Shown here piece by piece: positions 1 through 9,288 of a DNA stretch of 64,000 nucleotides. This DNA is from a virus, in the IMG/VR virus record IMGVR_UViG_3300033508_000366, positions 13,460-77,459 of that record; one strand, written 5' to 3'. The notes under the pieces were generated by a model. That model saw only the letters and a list, made by a program, of their open reading frames with translations, made no database searches and was not told the DNA's origin. Position 1 is the stretch's first letter; each line of letters starts with the position of its first letter. The position numbers and the translations under genes are program-made.

Positions 1-15
1 AAAATATATTAAAAT

Positions 16-804
16 TTATAACTTTCTCAACTCATTAATTAATTGTATAACAAGATTCGTTTGGGTTGCAGATTGCAACGCTATAAAGTCCAATGTTTCC
101 TTCGAATCGGTATTAATATTGTTCCAATAATATTTAGATAATTCATCAAGAGGTAATAGGTCAACAGACTTTTTTAATTTAAGAAAATCTGCGATAAGCA
201 TTAATGGCATGTTATCATAACCATTAAACTTCCAAACATTCACAGTATCTACAATTCCAGATTCCCAAGGCTTAATACTCAAACTTCTTCTAAGTATCGA
301 TGGTAATTGTCGTTTCGTTGCATCATCACCACCACCATTTAATAAAATAAACCGTTTTATTAAGAGCGGAATATCGTAACTAATTATATTATGTCCACAT
401 AGTGGTGAAAAATATGGTGGACTCGATTTGGTTGCTGCACTTGATAGTAAGTGAAGTTCAGTCATAAACGTTTCAATGACCAATCGTTCGTCTTCATTAC
501 AGATTTTTTTAAATTCTCTTTTTAGTTGACCATTTTCCATATACAGATTTGCATATGTGATAGCGAGTATTCTACAATACTCTGGATAATAAATGGCATT
601 TTCTTCATATACAGTTTGTGCACTCGTGTCTTGACCGTAATTATATTTGGTTTTAGTTAAATACAACCAACGCTGATATAATGGTTTGTTTTTTTCTTCA
701 AGGTCTTCAAGCGTAGGGTGTTCCAAAACAGACTTAATGTTGAAAAACAACATTTCATATATGCTCGATGCATTAAACACTTCATCAAATAACTGTGTTG
801 CCAT
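16..804 (-). CDS. PolB-type 3'-5' exonuclease-fold protein, probably catalytically degenerate
   Basis: ExoII-like GHNIISYDIP is present. The ExoI position reads LFFNIKS instead of the usual FDIET. YPEYCRILAI and VDTVNVWKF resemble the stand-alone PolB-exonuclease family. Confidence 0.7.
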   Translation of the reverse strand: MATQLFDEVFNASSIYEMLFFNIKSVLEHPTLEDLEEKNKPLYQRWLYLTKTKYNYGQDTSAQTVYEENAIYYPEYCRILAITYANLYMENGQLKREFKKICNEDERLVIETFMTELHLLSSAATKSSPPYFSPLCGHNIISYDIPLLIKRFILLNGGGDDATKRQLPSILRRSLSIKPWESGIVDTVNVWKFNGYDNMPLMLIADFLKLKKSVDLLPLDELSKYYWNNINTDSKETLDFIALQSATQTNLVIQLINELRKL

Positions 805-846
805 ATTCTATAAATTAAGGTTAATAATGACAAAGATAATTTAATA

Positions 847-1197
847 TTATTCAATATTAAATAAAAAATGAAAAAATTTCATAAATGAAGACCTATTTTC
901 TTTTTTGAGCTGATTATAAATGTCTTGAACATCTTCAAATACATATGATTTCAGTTCATCGGCATTGTATATTTCATTACCATATCTGATTATATATGGA
1001 ATTAATTTGTTTTTTTGAAGTTCTTTGTTTTTCTTTTTCCTTTCGATTTCCATCAAAAGCGATTTTCCACTTTCTTCGATTTCAAAAAGTGTTAAGTTTT
1101 TTTTTCTTTTAGTATCTTCCTCAAGATGTTTAGAAAGGGATTCTAAATCAATATCATCATCAGAGTCGATAATTTTCATGTTCTTATCAATTGACAT
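847..1197 (-). CDS. hypothetical protein
   Basis: 116 aa ORF tightly packed between neighbours; no motif recognised. Confidence 0.6.
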   Translation of the reverse strand: MSIDKNMKIIDSDDDIDLESLSKHLEEDTKRKKNLTLFEIEESGKSLLMEIERKKKNKELQKNKLIPYIIRYGNEIYNADELKSYVFEDVQDIYNQLKKENRSSFMKFFHFLFNIE

Positions 1198-1198
1198 A

Positions 1199-1705
1199 TT
1201 ATTCCAATGATAATTGATTGTTAGTTTCAGTACTGTTTACAACCTCACCATCAGATTTTAATGTTCTGGGTTTTCTTGGTTTCTTTTCTACCTCTGGATG
1301 TAAATTTTTAACAAAACTATCATTAAGATGTCTAAATGAATTTTCCTTTAATTCATCAAGTTCTTTATAGAATTTTTTTGCTTCTTGTTCTAAAACACCT
1401 TTCATTTCAGCCATCTTATCGGTGAACTGTTTTTCTTTTTCGGCAATCTTTTTGTTAGTCTCAATTATTATTTCAACGAATAGAATCAAGTCATCGATAA
1501 CCACTTTTGTGTTCTTCGGTGCAATTTTAATTAGTTTACCCATTTCAGTTTCAGCTAAAACTTCACAACTAATATCATTATTTTCATCGAAAACCCAAGC
1601 CTTCGGCAATCCAATTTCTATTTCCCACCATCCTTTAACGGTATTTCGTATAAACGAATGAATATATCCATCGGTTGGGTTTAATGCTGCTTCAATTATT
1701 TTCAT
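1199..1705 (-). CDS. hypothetical protein with coiled-coil C-terminal half
   Basis: 168 aa ORF; start overlaps the stop of 1705..1899. Confidence 0.65.
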   Translation of the reverse strand: MKIIEAALNPTDGYIHSFIRNTVKGWWEIEIGLPKAWVFDENNDISCEVLAETEMGKLIKIAPKNTKVVIDDLILFVEIIIETNKKIAEKEKQFTDKMAEMKGVLEQEAKKFYKELDELKENSFRHLNDSFVKNLHPEVEKKPRKPRTLKSDGEVVNSTETNNQLSLE

Positions 1706-1899
1706 TATATAATGTATGTAAAAAATATTGCTAATGATAACCAGAATAAAAGCTTTTCAACTTTCGTTAATACGAATCTGGCATCCGTCTTTAAAACAAA
1801 TCTTCCATACATTTTAATGCCTAATTCACCAAGAACATAAAGCATGAAAATGATGGAAGATATGAATAAAAACTGATATATTTCAGTTAATGTTATCAT
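1705..1899 (-). CDS. small two-TM membrane protein
   Basis: Two hydrophobic stretches (IYQFLFISSIIFMLYVLG; LLFWLSLAIFFTYII). Confidence 0.6.
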   Translation of the reverse strand: MITLTEIYQFLFISSIIFMLYVLGELGIKMYGRFVLKTDARFVLTKVEKLLFWLSLAIFFTYII

Positions 1900-1901
1900 T
1901 T

Positions 1902-2192
1902 TTACTCTCCATGAGTCTGACCTTGATGAACCTTACCTTGTGGTGCTTGTGCTACTGGTTCGCCTTGTGGAACATTTGCTGGTGCACCACCTTGTTGTGG
2001 TTCTTGGAAATACTGTGCAACTAACCCAATTTGGGCATTGAGAAGTGCAAGATTCTGCAATCTATATGACATTGCATCAATTTTTTCCTTATAATTCATA
2101 TTAGGTTCTTGCGCAAGACGCACTAATTCAAGTTCTTCATAATACTTTTCGTTATTTAATTTGTTAACGAGGTCGAGTTTCAAATTTACCAT
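1902..2192 (-). CDS. hypothetical protein with Gln/Pro-rich tail
   Basis: 96 aa ORF preceded by the GTATTTAT motif. Confidence 0.65.
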   Translation of the reverse strand: MVNLKLDLVNKLNNEKYYEELELVRLAQEPNMNYKEKIDAMSYRLQNLALLNAQIGLVAQYFQEPQQGGAPANVPQGEPVAQAPQGKVHQGQTHGE

Positions 2193-2240
2193 AATTTTAA
2201 TTTAGATTAAATAAATATAATTTTTGTAAAAATAGTGTTT

Positions 2241-2248
2241 ATAAATAC
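2241..2248 (-). promoter_or_regulatory. putative late-promoter motif GTATTTAT
   Basis: ATAAATAC on +, 48 nt upstream of the start at 2192. Confidence 0.45.
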
Positions 2249-2263
2249 AAAATGCAAGAGTTT

Positions 2264-2695
2264 TTAAACAATTTCTAATATATTTTTCTCTTGATTTATT
2301 GATTTATCGTATATCTGATAAATTTCAATGAGGATGTTTATGATGTTTTTGTTTTTTTGTTTATCGATTTCAAAAATCTGTTTCCAAAATTTTTCAAAAT
2401 GTTGAATTGTGGTGTCGTGAGCCGAATTATTCTTTGCTCTATAAAACTGGTGATAATAATATGTGTAAAAATATTCTTTCAATGCCATATTTTCACTAAA
2501 ATCAATACCTTCTAACGCAAATTCTGCACAGACTTTATTAAAACACCACTTAAAATGGTTATAAATGTCTTCGTCTTGACTAAGACTTTCATAATCTATA
2601 TAATAGTGTTGAATATAATACATCAGATTTAGTGCAAAGTCTTTATATATTTCAACCCTGTCTTTGATTATATGATATTTTTGAGTATTACCCAT
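2264..2695 (-). CDS. hypothetical protein
   Basis: Probable start is ATG at 2695 (MGNTQ), directly after the stop of the GIY-YIG ORF. The longer ORF-track start overlaps that gene. Confidence 0.6.
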   Translation of the reverse strand: MGNTQKYHIIKDRVEIYKDFALNLMYYIQHYYIDYESLSQDEDIYNHFKWCFNKVCAEFALEGIDFSENMALKEYFYTYYYHQFYRAKNNSAHDTTIQHFEKFWKQIFEIDKQKNKNIINILIEIYQIYDKSINQEKNILEIV

Positions 2696-2697
2696 TA

Positions 2698-3414
2698 TTA
2701 TAAAGATTTGAGCATTTGAATTAATTCGGTTTGTGGGTGGCAATTTTCATTAAATAAATTTAAATTAGAAAACAACACTTCCTTATTATAAAATTCATCT
2801 GTTGATAATGAAACATCCCATCCTTTCGATTTATATGATTTATTTAATGCTTTAGATATTGATTGAGGTGATACACCGACAATAGTAGAAGCATGCGATA
2901 TACTAAAACAATAAATACTTTCGGCATTATTTGTTAGTATAATTTCTTTACGATTAGGTAAATTAATTTGACGAATAATTTTTTCAATCAATGTTTTTTC
3001 TCTTCCAAGACTGGCTTCAGTTAGTTTATCAATTAACCATTGTGGTCTTTTTTTCCCATACATACCATTATTACATCCAGTGCTACTATTGGATATTTTC
3101 AATAATGCTTCTGCAGTATGTTTTTTATTTAACATGGGTGCAGACGAATTTAATGCAATGTTAAACTTATTCAAATAATTATCCAAATAATATTGTTCAC
3201 GTGTTAACAAATTTGAATTGTCACATTCATCCAAAATTTCAAAAATTAATGAATTTAATCCATATTTATTTACAAAATTTTGTAAATGTGCGTTCCCATG
3301 TCTATTATTAGATAAATCTCTTCTATGTTCCAACCACCTTCTATTAAGATTGACTGTACTTCCAATGTAAACTCTATCATCCACAGAATTAGATATTTTA
3401 TATACGTGTCCCAT
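2698..3414 (-). mobile_element. free-standing GIY-YIG homing endonuclease with NUMOD3-like repeats
   Basis: N-terminal HVYKISNSVDDRVYIGSTVNLNRRWLEH, conserved E (LLTREQYYLD) and N (KFNI); KKHTAEA and NGMYGKK repeats. Confidence 0.85.
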
Positions 3415-3415
3415 A

Positions 3416-4165
3416 TTATGTTAGTGATTTCAACATATTTATAAGTCTTTCATCGGGATAGCAATCCGATTTATCGCTTCTGAATGATGTGTGTGTCCAA
3501 ACACCCGCTTTTCCCGAAAGTGCTTCTTGTGATATGTCCCACATATTTTCATTATAATTCAAGGGAATTTTATATTTTTCACCCCAGAATACTAATAGTT
3601 GTCTAACTGCTTCAATTTGAGCATCTGTATATTTTTCATAACCATAAAAACCCCTATATCCTTGGTCATATGTTTGAACATTCGTAATTGGTTTAACTGC
3701 GGTATTTGCAATGAATTTCTTAATGTCTGCATCCCATTTTGCGGGATACCACAACCTATTGTGCCTAACCAAACCACCCCACGCATCCATTTCAATTCCA
3801 ATGGATGCCATATTCAACGCCTTGTTATTTGTAACACTTATACCCAAATGATATGCCCAATATTTACTACTAAAACATTGATATATCTTACCATCCCAAC
3901 CAACAATAATTGCAGTACCAATTCTATCAGCAGTGCTTCTCCACCAAGCTATGTCACCATCAACACCCTGTCCACTAACCGTATGATGTAACACGATTTG
4001 TTTTTTATCTGTCTGTTCTTTAAAATATTGATTATCTGGAAAATCGACAATTATAATATCATTTAAATTCAATTTTGCTAATGCCTGATTTTCTTTATCT
4101 CTTTCTTTTTCCACTTGTTTAATTGAATCAGTTGAATTAAACAATAATTTCATTAAACTTTTCAT
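3416..4165 (-). CDS. N-acetylmuramoyl-L-alanine amidase (Amidase_2-type endolysin)
   Basis: IVLHHT, WAYHLG, SIGIE, YTDAQIEAVRQLL and VWTH...DKSDC with Zn ligands intact. ATG at 4165; the ORF track starts at GTG 4180. Confidence 0.9.
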   Translation of the reverse strand: MKSLMKLLFNSTDSIKQVEKERDKENQALAKLNLNDIIIVDFPDNQYFKEQTDKKQIVLHHTVSGQGVDGDIAWWRSTADRIGTAIIVGWDGKIYQCFSSKYWAYHLGISVTNNKALNMASIGIEMDAWGGLVRHNRLWYPAKWDADIKKFIANTAVKPITNVQTYDQGYRGFYGYEKYTDAQIEAVRQLLVFWGEKYKIPLNYNENMWDISQEALSGKAGVWTHTSFRSDKSDCYPDERLINMLKSLT

Positions 4166-4180
4166 GATACACGTTTTCAC

Positions 4181-4188
4181 ATAAATAC
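4181..4188 (-). promoter_or_regulatory. putative late-promoter motif GTATTTAT
   Basis: 15 nt upstream of the amidase ATG at 4165. Confidence 0.55.
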
Positions 4189-4204
4189 TCGATAATTAAA
4201 TATA

Positions 4205-4245
4205 AAACAAAAGGGGTATTAACTCAATAATACCCCCTTTTGTTT
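4205..4245 (-). terminator. intrinsic terminator hairpin
   Basis: AAACAAAAGGGGTATT ... AATACCCCCTTTTGTTT inverted repeat with A/T tails, downstream of 4261..4632. Confidence 0.7.
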
Positions 4246-4260
4246 AAAAAATAATTATGT

Positions 4261-4632
4261 TTATCCGTAAATTTTTTTCACTAATAATATATATCCAATT
4301 TTTGTAATGCCAAGATGTTTTGCAATTTTTTTTATTCTTAAATTATTGAGAAACACTGCACTGAATAAATATAACACTAAAATTGTTAATAGTATTGCAT
4401 AAACAACAACAACTGTACTTACAAACGAATATGATGCGTTAAATATTGAGCTGAAAAAACCTAAAAGAAAAAATGTCAATAATATAAACGTAATATTATT
4501 TCGAAGTGACATATTCTTTTTTTCCGTTTCTTTTGAAAAATACTTATATGCAAACCGAATCCAAGCATTTGGTTGATATTTCTTTTGTGCGCTATCGAAC
4601 TCTTCTTTAGTTATTTTATTAAAATCATTCAT
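4261..4632 (-). CDS. two-TM membrane protein
   Basis: Hydrophobic segments ITFILLTFFLLGFF and VVVVYAILLTILVLYLFSAVFL. Probable start is MNDFNK at 4632. Confidence 0.65.
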   Translation of the reverse strand: MNDFNKITKEEFDSAQKKYQPNAWIRFAYKYFSKETEKKNMSLRNNITFILLTFFLLGFFSSIFNASYSFVSTVVVVYAILLTILVLYLFSAVFLNNLRIKKIAKHLGITKIGYILLVKKIYG

Positions 4633-4633
4633 A

Positions 4634-7600
4634 TTAAAAACCTCTATTTTTCTTAACGTTATTTGTGTTAGTGAATGTTTCTGGTTTATAACCAAGTAAA
4701 TGTTTCATTTTATCGACTTGTTCATTTACAACAGGTTTTCCAGCTTTTTGTGTGTTTTCATTTAATTTCTGAACAGGATTTTTAACTGCAACAACCTTTT
4801 TACCATCGGTATAAAATTTATATGCGTCCAATATTTTTGACATACCCTCGTTGACAATTACTTTATTGTCAATACTCTTACTAACATAACTGTTTCCAAG
4901 TCCAGTAAAATCTAATGTAGAATAACTTTCATTAAGCTTATCAGCAGTAACACCACGAACTTCATCAAGAGTAAAATCAATTAAACGTCTTTTATTTAAA
5001 ATATCGTGGTATCTACCAGTAATCATTGATTCCTCAATTTTTTTATCATTAACTGGTTGTGAGTCTTTATTATACATCGGTTGTTTACCAATGTCTGCCA
5101 ATTGTTTATCCCTCATACCCATAATCTTTTCACCCATATCGGCTTTCATACGGTCTTCAAATCGTTTACTTGGTTCATTGTCATAAACCCAGCTATGCAT
5201 ACCTTTACGATATAAATCAATCTCATCCTGTTCTGCTGTAGTTAAATTACGTTTAGGAATTTCATCTCCCTTATCATTTGCACTATCACCAACATTTTTA
5301 AGTGCTTCACCACTCTTAGCATCAGTAGTTTTGAGTGCTTGCTTTTCAATATCCAGACCTAATTTCTGTGGGTCATTACCAATATCGGTTTGCTGGTCTT
5401 TGTACATAAGTTCTTTTTCAACGTCAATGATTTCTTTAGTACCACTGTGTTGTAAATCCTTTTTGAAGTTGGTTTCATTTTCACTTCCAACCCTGTCTCT
5501 TAGTACCAGTGCCGATGGTTTTCTTTCTTCTGCCATTTTCTTTAATTTATCGTGATGAATTGAATATGCATCCAATTCGTTATTTAATTCTTCTAATAAG
5601 TTTAGGCTTTCATTAACCTCGTTTTGATAACGATTTAATCCAAGCACATTACTTATTTTATTTCTTACTTCTGGGTCATTTTTTTGTGCCATATCATATT
5701 GTTTTGTTAGTTCTTCATCCGAAAGTTTACTTAAATAAGCCATTGATGGTATTCCTGAATTACCTTGAAAGCTAACATCTTGAATTTTTTTCATCATATC
5801 ATTACGTCTTTCTTTCGAAATCGTTTCATTCATACCACCACTTGATTGCATTCCCATTGGTACACTACCACCTTGGTCGCCAATTGCTTGTGCCTTGTTA
5901 GACATCGAAGTCCCATTTGGTTGTATCATGGTTTGTGTTTCTTCCTGTAAATAATCCCCAAGCATTTCCATTGCATATGAGTCTTGTTTCCAATTATAAT
6001 TTTTTGAATCGAGATGTGATTTTAGATTTCCAGCAATTTTATCTGCCTGACCTTGATTGTTTGATTTCATTGCATAACGGTGGTCAACACTTGCTTTCTG
6101 AACAGCTTGTTTAGGGTCTAAATTTTGATAAAGGTTTGAAAGCTGATTTTCTTCTTTAATTTCGTTACTTTCACCCATTAAATCATCAAGACTATATCCA
6201 TCTTCAGAAAGTCTGTCGTTTACTGCTTCTTTAACTGACTTAATCACTTCTTCATACGACATTCCACCGTTTTCATTAAGATAATCCCACATTGAATTAG
6301 TATCAGGTAAATCATCCCAACTCAATGGCAATTTTCTATTTGCAAGTTGAATTGCGACTGCATATAATGCTTCTCCAGCTAAACTTGGAAACATTACTTT
6401 CATTAGTTTTTGACCCGCAGCTTTCATTTGTCTTAACTGGTCTTTAGTTGTTATCATATTTGCTTGTTGTTCAGCAATATTACCACGAAGATTAGGTTCA
6501 TCCCATTTCCTTGTTTGTATATCGTTTTTAATTATTTTTTGATTCACAGGGTTCATGTTGTTAACAGTACCATAAGCTTGACTATTTTTTGAAATAAAAT
6601 CAGCATCGCTTTGTTCGTTCAACATTTGAATATATTTTTCAAAACCTTTGGGGTCGGTTAAATAATTACTTTCTTGAATAATTGTACCACCCTGCCATAT
6701 TGGTTTACGCATTGCTTTACTTTTACCACCTTTGGTTAATTCACCTGCACCCCATGCAGCAGGACCGACATACGCACCAGATGATGCAGAAGTTGTGGTT
6801 TCCTGTACCTTTTTCTCATATCCCATTGCAGGAGCGAATGCACCCGCACTACCTGCACCAGTAGTTTCTTGAACATCATTCAATACTTCAAGATTATATC
6901 CTTGTCCTTCAAGTTCAGCTTTAAGTTCGGCATATTCTTCAGGAGTTGCTTCACGACTTTCGGCAGCATAATCTGGATGAACTGAAGTGTGTTGTCCTAC
7001 GTGTGCATAACCCGTTTTATATATTCCATTATGTGTTTCTTCTGGAAAATAAGCAAAAACGTCCTGATTTTCAGGGTCGGTTTCATTAACCAGAAATTGT
7101 ACTTTAGTTGCTGGCTCACCACCTTCAGTGAGGTCAGGCTGTTTTGGTTTAAAGGTTGGATTCATTTTTTTTATTGTTTCTTGACCAGCTTTTTTCGCTT
7201 GATTTATACCGCTTTTGTCCCTTCTCTTCTTTTTCTTAGGAACAGCCATTTTATATTTCTGTAAATATTTTGGACTATTTAAAACATAGTCATTAAATAT
7301 CATGTTTTGAATGGTTTCGTTATAATGATAACCGTATTTTTCTTCACCATTTTCTGCCATTTCATTATATATTGCAGTTAATTTAGGGTCTGCAAATACG
7401 AGTGATTCCATTTTAGCCAAGCTAAATATCTTTTTCTTTAATGATTGCTCAACTTCTGATAACATAACATCAACTTCATTTAAATTAACAGATGGTGCAT
7501 GTGTTGCCATACTTTTCATAAATTGTTTCTCATACCCCTTAGACTGGTCGCTAATAGGTTTTGAAAGTGTAGGTTTAATATCTTCTTTAATTATTTTCAT
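4634..7600 (-). CDS. large hypothetical protein, candidate internal head/scaffold protein
   Basis: 988 aa, rich in charged residues, Gln and Asn, with many [ILVM]-x-E motifs; no enzymatic motif recognised. Confidence 0.6.
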   Translation of the reverse strand: MKIIKEDIKPTLSKPISDQSKGYEKQFMKSMATHAPSVNLNEVDVMLSEVEQSLKKKIFSLAKMESLVFADPKLTAIYNEMAENGEEKYGYHYNETIQNMIFNDYVLNSPKYLQKYKMAVPKKKKRRDKSGINQAKKAGQETIKKMNPTFKPKQPDLTEGGEPATKVQFLVNETDPENQDVFAYFPEETHNGIYKTGYAHVGQHTSVHPDYAAESREATPEEYAELKAELEGQGYNLEVLNDVQETTGAGSAGAFAPAMGYEKKVQETTTSASSGAYVGPAAWGAGELTKGGKSKAMRKPIWQGGTIIQESNYLTDPKGFEKYIQMLNEQSDADFISKNSQAYGTVNNMNPVNQKIIKNDIQTRKWDEPNLRGNIAEQQANMITTKDQLRQMKAAGQKLMKVMFPSLAGEALYAVAIQLANRKLPLSWDDLPDTNSMWDYLNENGGMSYEEVIKSVKEAVNDRLSEDGYSLDDLMGESNEIKEENQLSNLYQNLDPKQAVQKASVDHRYAMKSNNQGQADKIAGNLKSHLDSKNYNWKQDSYAMEMLGDYLQEETQTMIQPNGTSMSNKAQAIGDQGGSVPMGMQSSGGMNETISKERRNDMMKKIQDVSFQGNSGIPSMAYLSKLSDEELTKQYDMAQKNDPEVRNKISNVLGLNRYQNEVNESLNLLEELNNELDAYSIHHDKLKKMAEERKPSALVLRDRVGSENETNFKKDLQHSGTKEIIDVEKELMYKDQQTDIGNDPQKLGLDIEKQALKTTDAKSGEALKNVGDSANDKGDEIPKRNLTTAEQDEIDLYRKGMHSWVYDNEPSKRFEDRMKADMGEKIMGMRDKQLADIGKQPMYNKDSQPVNDKKIEESMITGRYHDILNKRRLIDFTLDEVRGVTADKLNESYSTLDFTGLGNSYVSKSIDNKVIVNEGMSKILDAYKFYTDGKKVVAVKNPVQKLNENTQKAGKPVVNEQVDKMKHLLGYKPETFTNTNNVKKNRGF

Positions 7601-7612
7601 TATGTTTCGTTA

Positions 7613-7819
7613 TTAGCGTATGTCAGACTTCCAAAAGTCACGTTTAATCCACATCATTTTATAAACAGATTCCATTGCATTTTTTATAATGTTAAGAATT
7701 TCTTCTCTTGATTTACTATTTGAACCATGAAGTATTTTCTTTATTTCCTTATCAAGAGAATCTTCAATAAAATTCTTTATCTCATCGTTCACTATTTTCT
7801 TAACATCTGTATTATCCAT
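7613..7819 (-). CDS. small hypothetical helical protein
   Basis: 68 aa ORF with upstream GTATTTAT motif. Confidence 0.6.
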   Translation of the reverse strand: MDNTDVKKIVNDEIKNFIEDSLDKEIKKILHGSNSKSREEILNIIKNAMESVYKMMWIKRDFWKSDIR

Positions 7820-7839
7820 ACTATAGTTATCTGTTGTTC

Positions 7840-7847
7840 ATAAATAC
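7840..7847 (-). promoter_or_regulatory. putative late-promoter motif GTATTTAT
   Basis: 20 nt upstream of the start at 7819. Confidence 0.55.
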
Positions 7848-7878
7848 TTATCGAACACAAAAAATTGAATATAAATGA

Positions 7879-7912
7879 AAAAGAACGTATGTAATACCAC
7901 ACACGTTCTTTT
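7879..7912 (-). terminator. intrinsic terminator hairpin
   Basis: AAAAGAACGT ... ACGTTCTTTT inverted repeat downstream of 7945..8742. Confidence 0.65.
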
Positions 7913-7944
7913 ATTTAACAAATGTCCCCCACTTACGAGGTATA

Positions 7945-8742
7945 TTACTTGGTTAATAAGTACACTCCACCAGCACCAGTTGCAATTCCAGCACCAATAT
8001 ATATTATTTTTTTACCGTTTTTGTCAAACCACTCACCAAATTTAGATTTTGGTTCAGTATTAATTGTTGGTATAGCATAACTATTAATATCAATGGTTTT
8101 ATAGAATCCATTTGAATTTGAAACGCTGAATGATATCGGATTACCATTTTTCTTATCGTCTTTGTAACTGAAACTAATAAATTGTTTGTTGGGAAATTGT
8201 AATGTATCAATGAATAATGTCGGTATTGCTGTTTGTGGAAATGGAAGTACGTTTCCAACAACAAATTTATATAATACCTCATAATTAACACTATCAATAG
8301 TTTTCTTATATAAATCACCAAATGTTATTTTTTTGTTTGTTGTATCAATAACAGGTTTTGTGTTAAGCATCAAATTAGTTATACCAACATTTGCAGTAAT
8401 TAATGCTGCTACAATAGTATTGCTTTTCTTATCCAATTCCTTTACTCTAATAATCAATTCCTTTTGAGAATCACTTAACTGACCATACATTTTTTCAAGA
8501 TTTTTTATACTTTCTTGAATAGTAAGTTTTTCTGCAACAACTTCGCCATAAGAATTTTTATAAAATCTAATAGTATCGTTTAAAGCATTGTTTAATTTAA
8601 CTTCTGTTTGATATTTATTTTTCCATTCTTTAACTATGGTATTCTGAACCCACATGCCCAATATTAATAGAATTGCCAAAACAATTGCCCAGCGATTCTT
8701 AACTAATATAAATTTCCAAAATTTTAATAATATTGTTTTCAT
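7945..8742 (-). CDS. membrane-anchored coiled-coil protein, possible spanin-like lysis protein
   Basis: N-terminal TM (WAIVLAILLILGMWV), coiled coil, and a C-terminal Gly-rich TM (IIYIGAGIATGAGGVYLL). Confidence 0.5.
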   Translation of the reverse strand: MKTILLKFWKFILVKNRWAIVLAILLILGMWVQNTIVKEWKNKYQTEVKLNNALNDTIRFYKNSYGEVVAEKLTIQESIKNLEKMYGQLSDSQKELIIRVKELDKKSNTIVAALITANVGITNLMLNTKPVIDTTNKKITFGDLYKKTIDSVNYEVLYKFVVGNVLPFPQTAIPTLFIDTLQFPNKQFISFSYKDDKKNGNPISFSVSNSNGFYKTIDINSYAIPTINTEPKSKFGEWFDKNGKKIIYIGAGIATGAGGVYLLTK

Positions 8743-8748
8743 TTCTAA

Positions 8749-9264
8749 TTATTTTTGTATCATATTATCTCGCCAATATTCTTTAAAGATATCATAATAT
8801 GTTTCAATTAATTTAGCGATTAATTCGTTTTTCGGTGCATCTGGTGAAAAATCTTCAAGTGGTTCAATTTCATATACACTTGTACTTTCATCAGGCGTTA
8901 CTGAATAAACAAACGCCATAACACCATCAACTTCACCACCCCAGAACACCCAATTATCATATACTTCTAAAGGAACAAACTTAGCACTGATAGTAAGGTC
9001 AGCATCTTTAAAATAGCTAATAAATTTATTTTTTTCTTCCTCTTCATCATAAATTGTTTTCTTACTAACTGGTTCTACCACCTTTTTGGTATCATCCACA
9101 GTATTTTCCTCATTTAATTTACGTGTGATTTTAAGCATATCTCTCATGCTTAAATCTTTTTTTGGTGTGCTGGTTTCCATTACTTCGAATTTACCTTCAC
9201 GAATTCTTTTCATAAACACACGCATTTGATTTGGAGTACTCTTACTGTTTATATTATTGTCCAT
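8749..9264 (-). CDS. hypothetical protein
   Basis: 171 aa ORF with upstream GTATTTAT motif. Confidence 0.65.
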   Translation of the reverse strand: MDNNINSKSTPNQMRVFMKRIREGKFEVMETSTPKKDLSMRDMLKITRKLNEENTVDDTKKVVEPVSKKTIYDEEEEKNKFISYFKDADLTISAKFVPLEVYDNWVFWGGEVDGVMAFVYSVTPDESTSVYEIEPLEDFSPDAPKNELIAKLIETYYDIFKEYWRDNMIQK

Positions 9265-9280
9265 GTTTTTGTTTTTACAT

Positions 9281-9288
9281 ATAAATAC
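9281..9288 (-). promoter_or_regulatory. putative late-promoter motif GTATTTAT
   Basis: 16 nt upstream of the start at 9264. Confidence 0.55.

Noticed and set aside
2698-3463. Group I intron in the amidase gene
   Set aside because: The amidase has its own stop, and the endonuclease ATG follows after 1 nt. There is no room for an intron core, so a free-standing insertion with a duplicated 3' end fits better.
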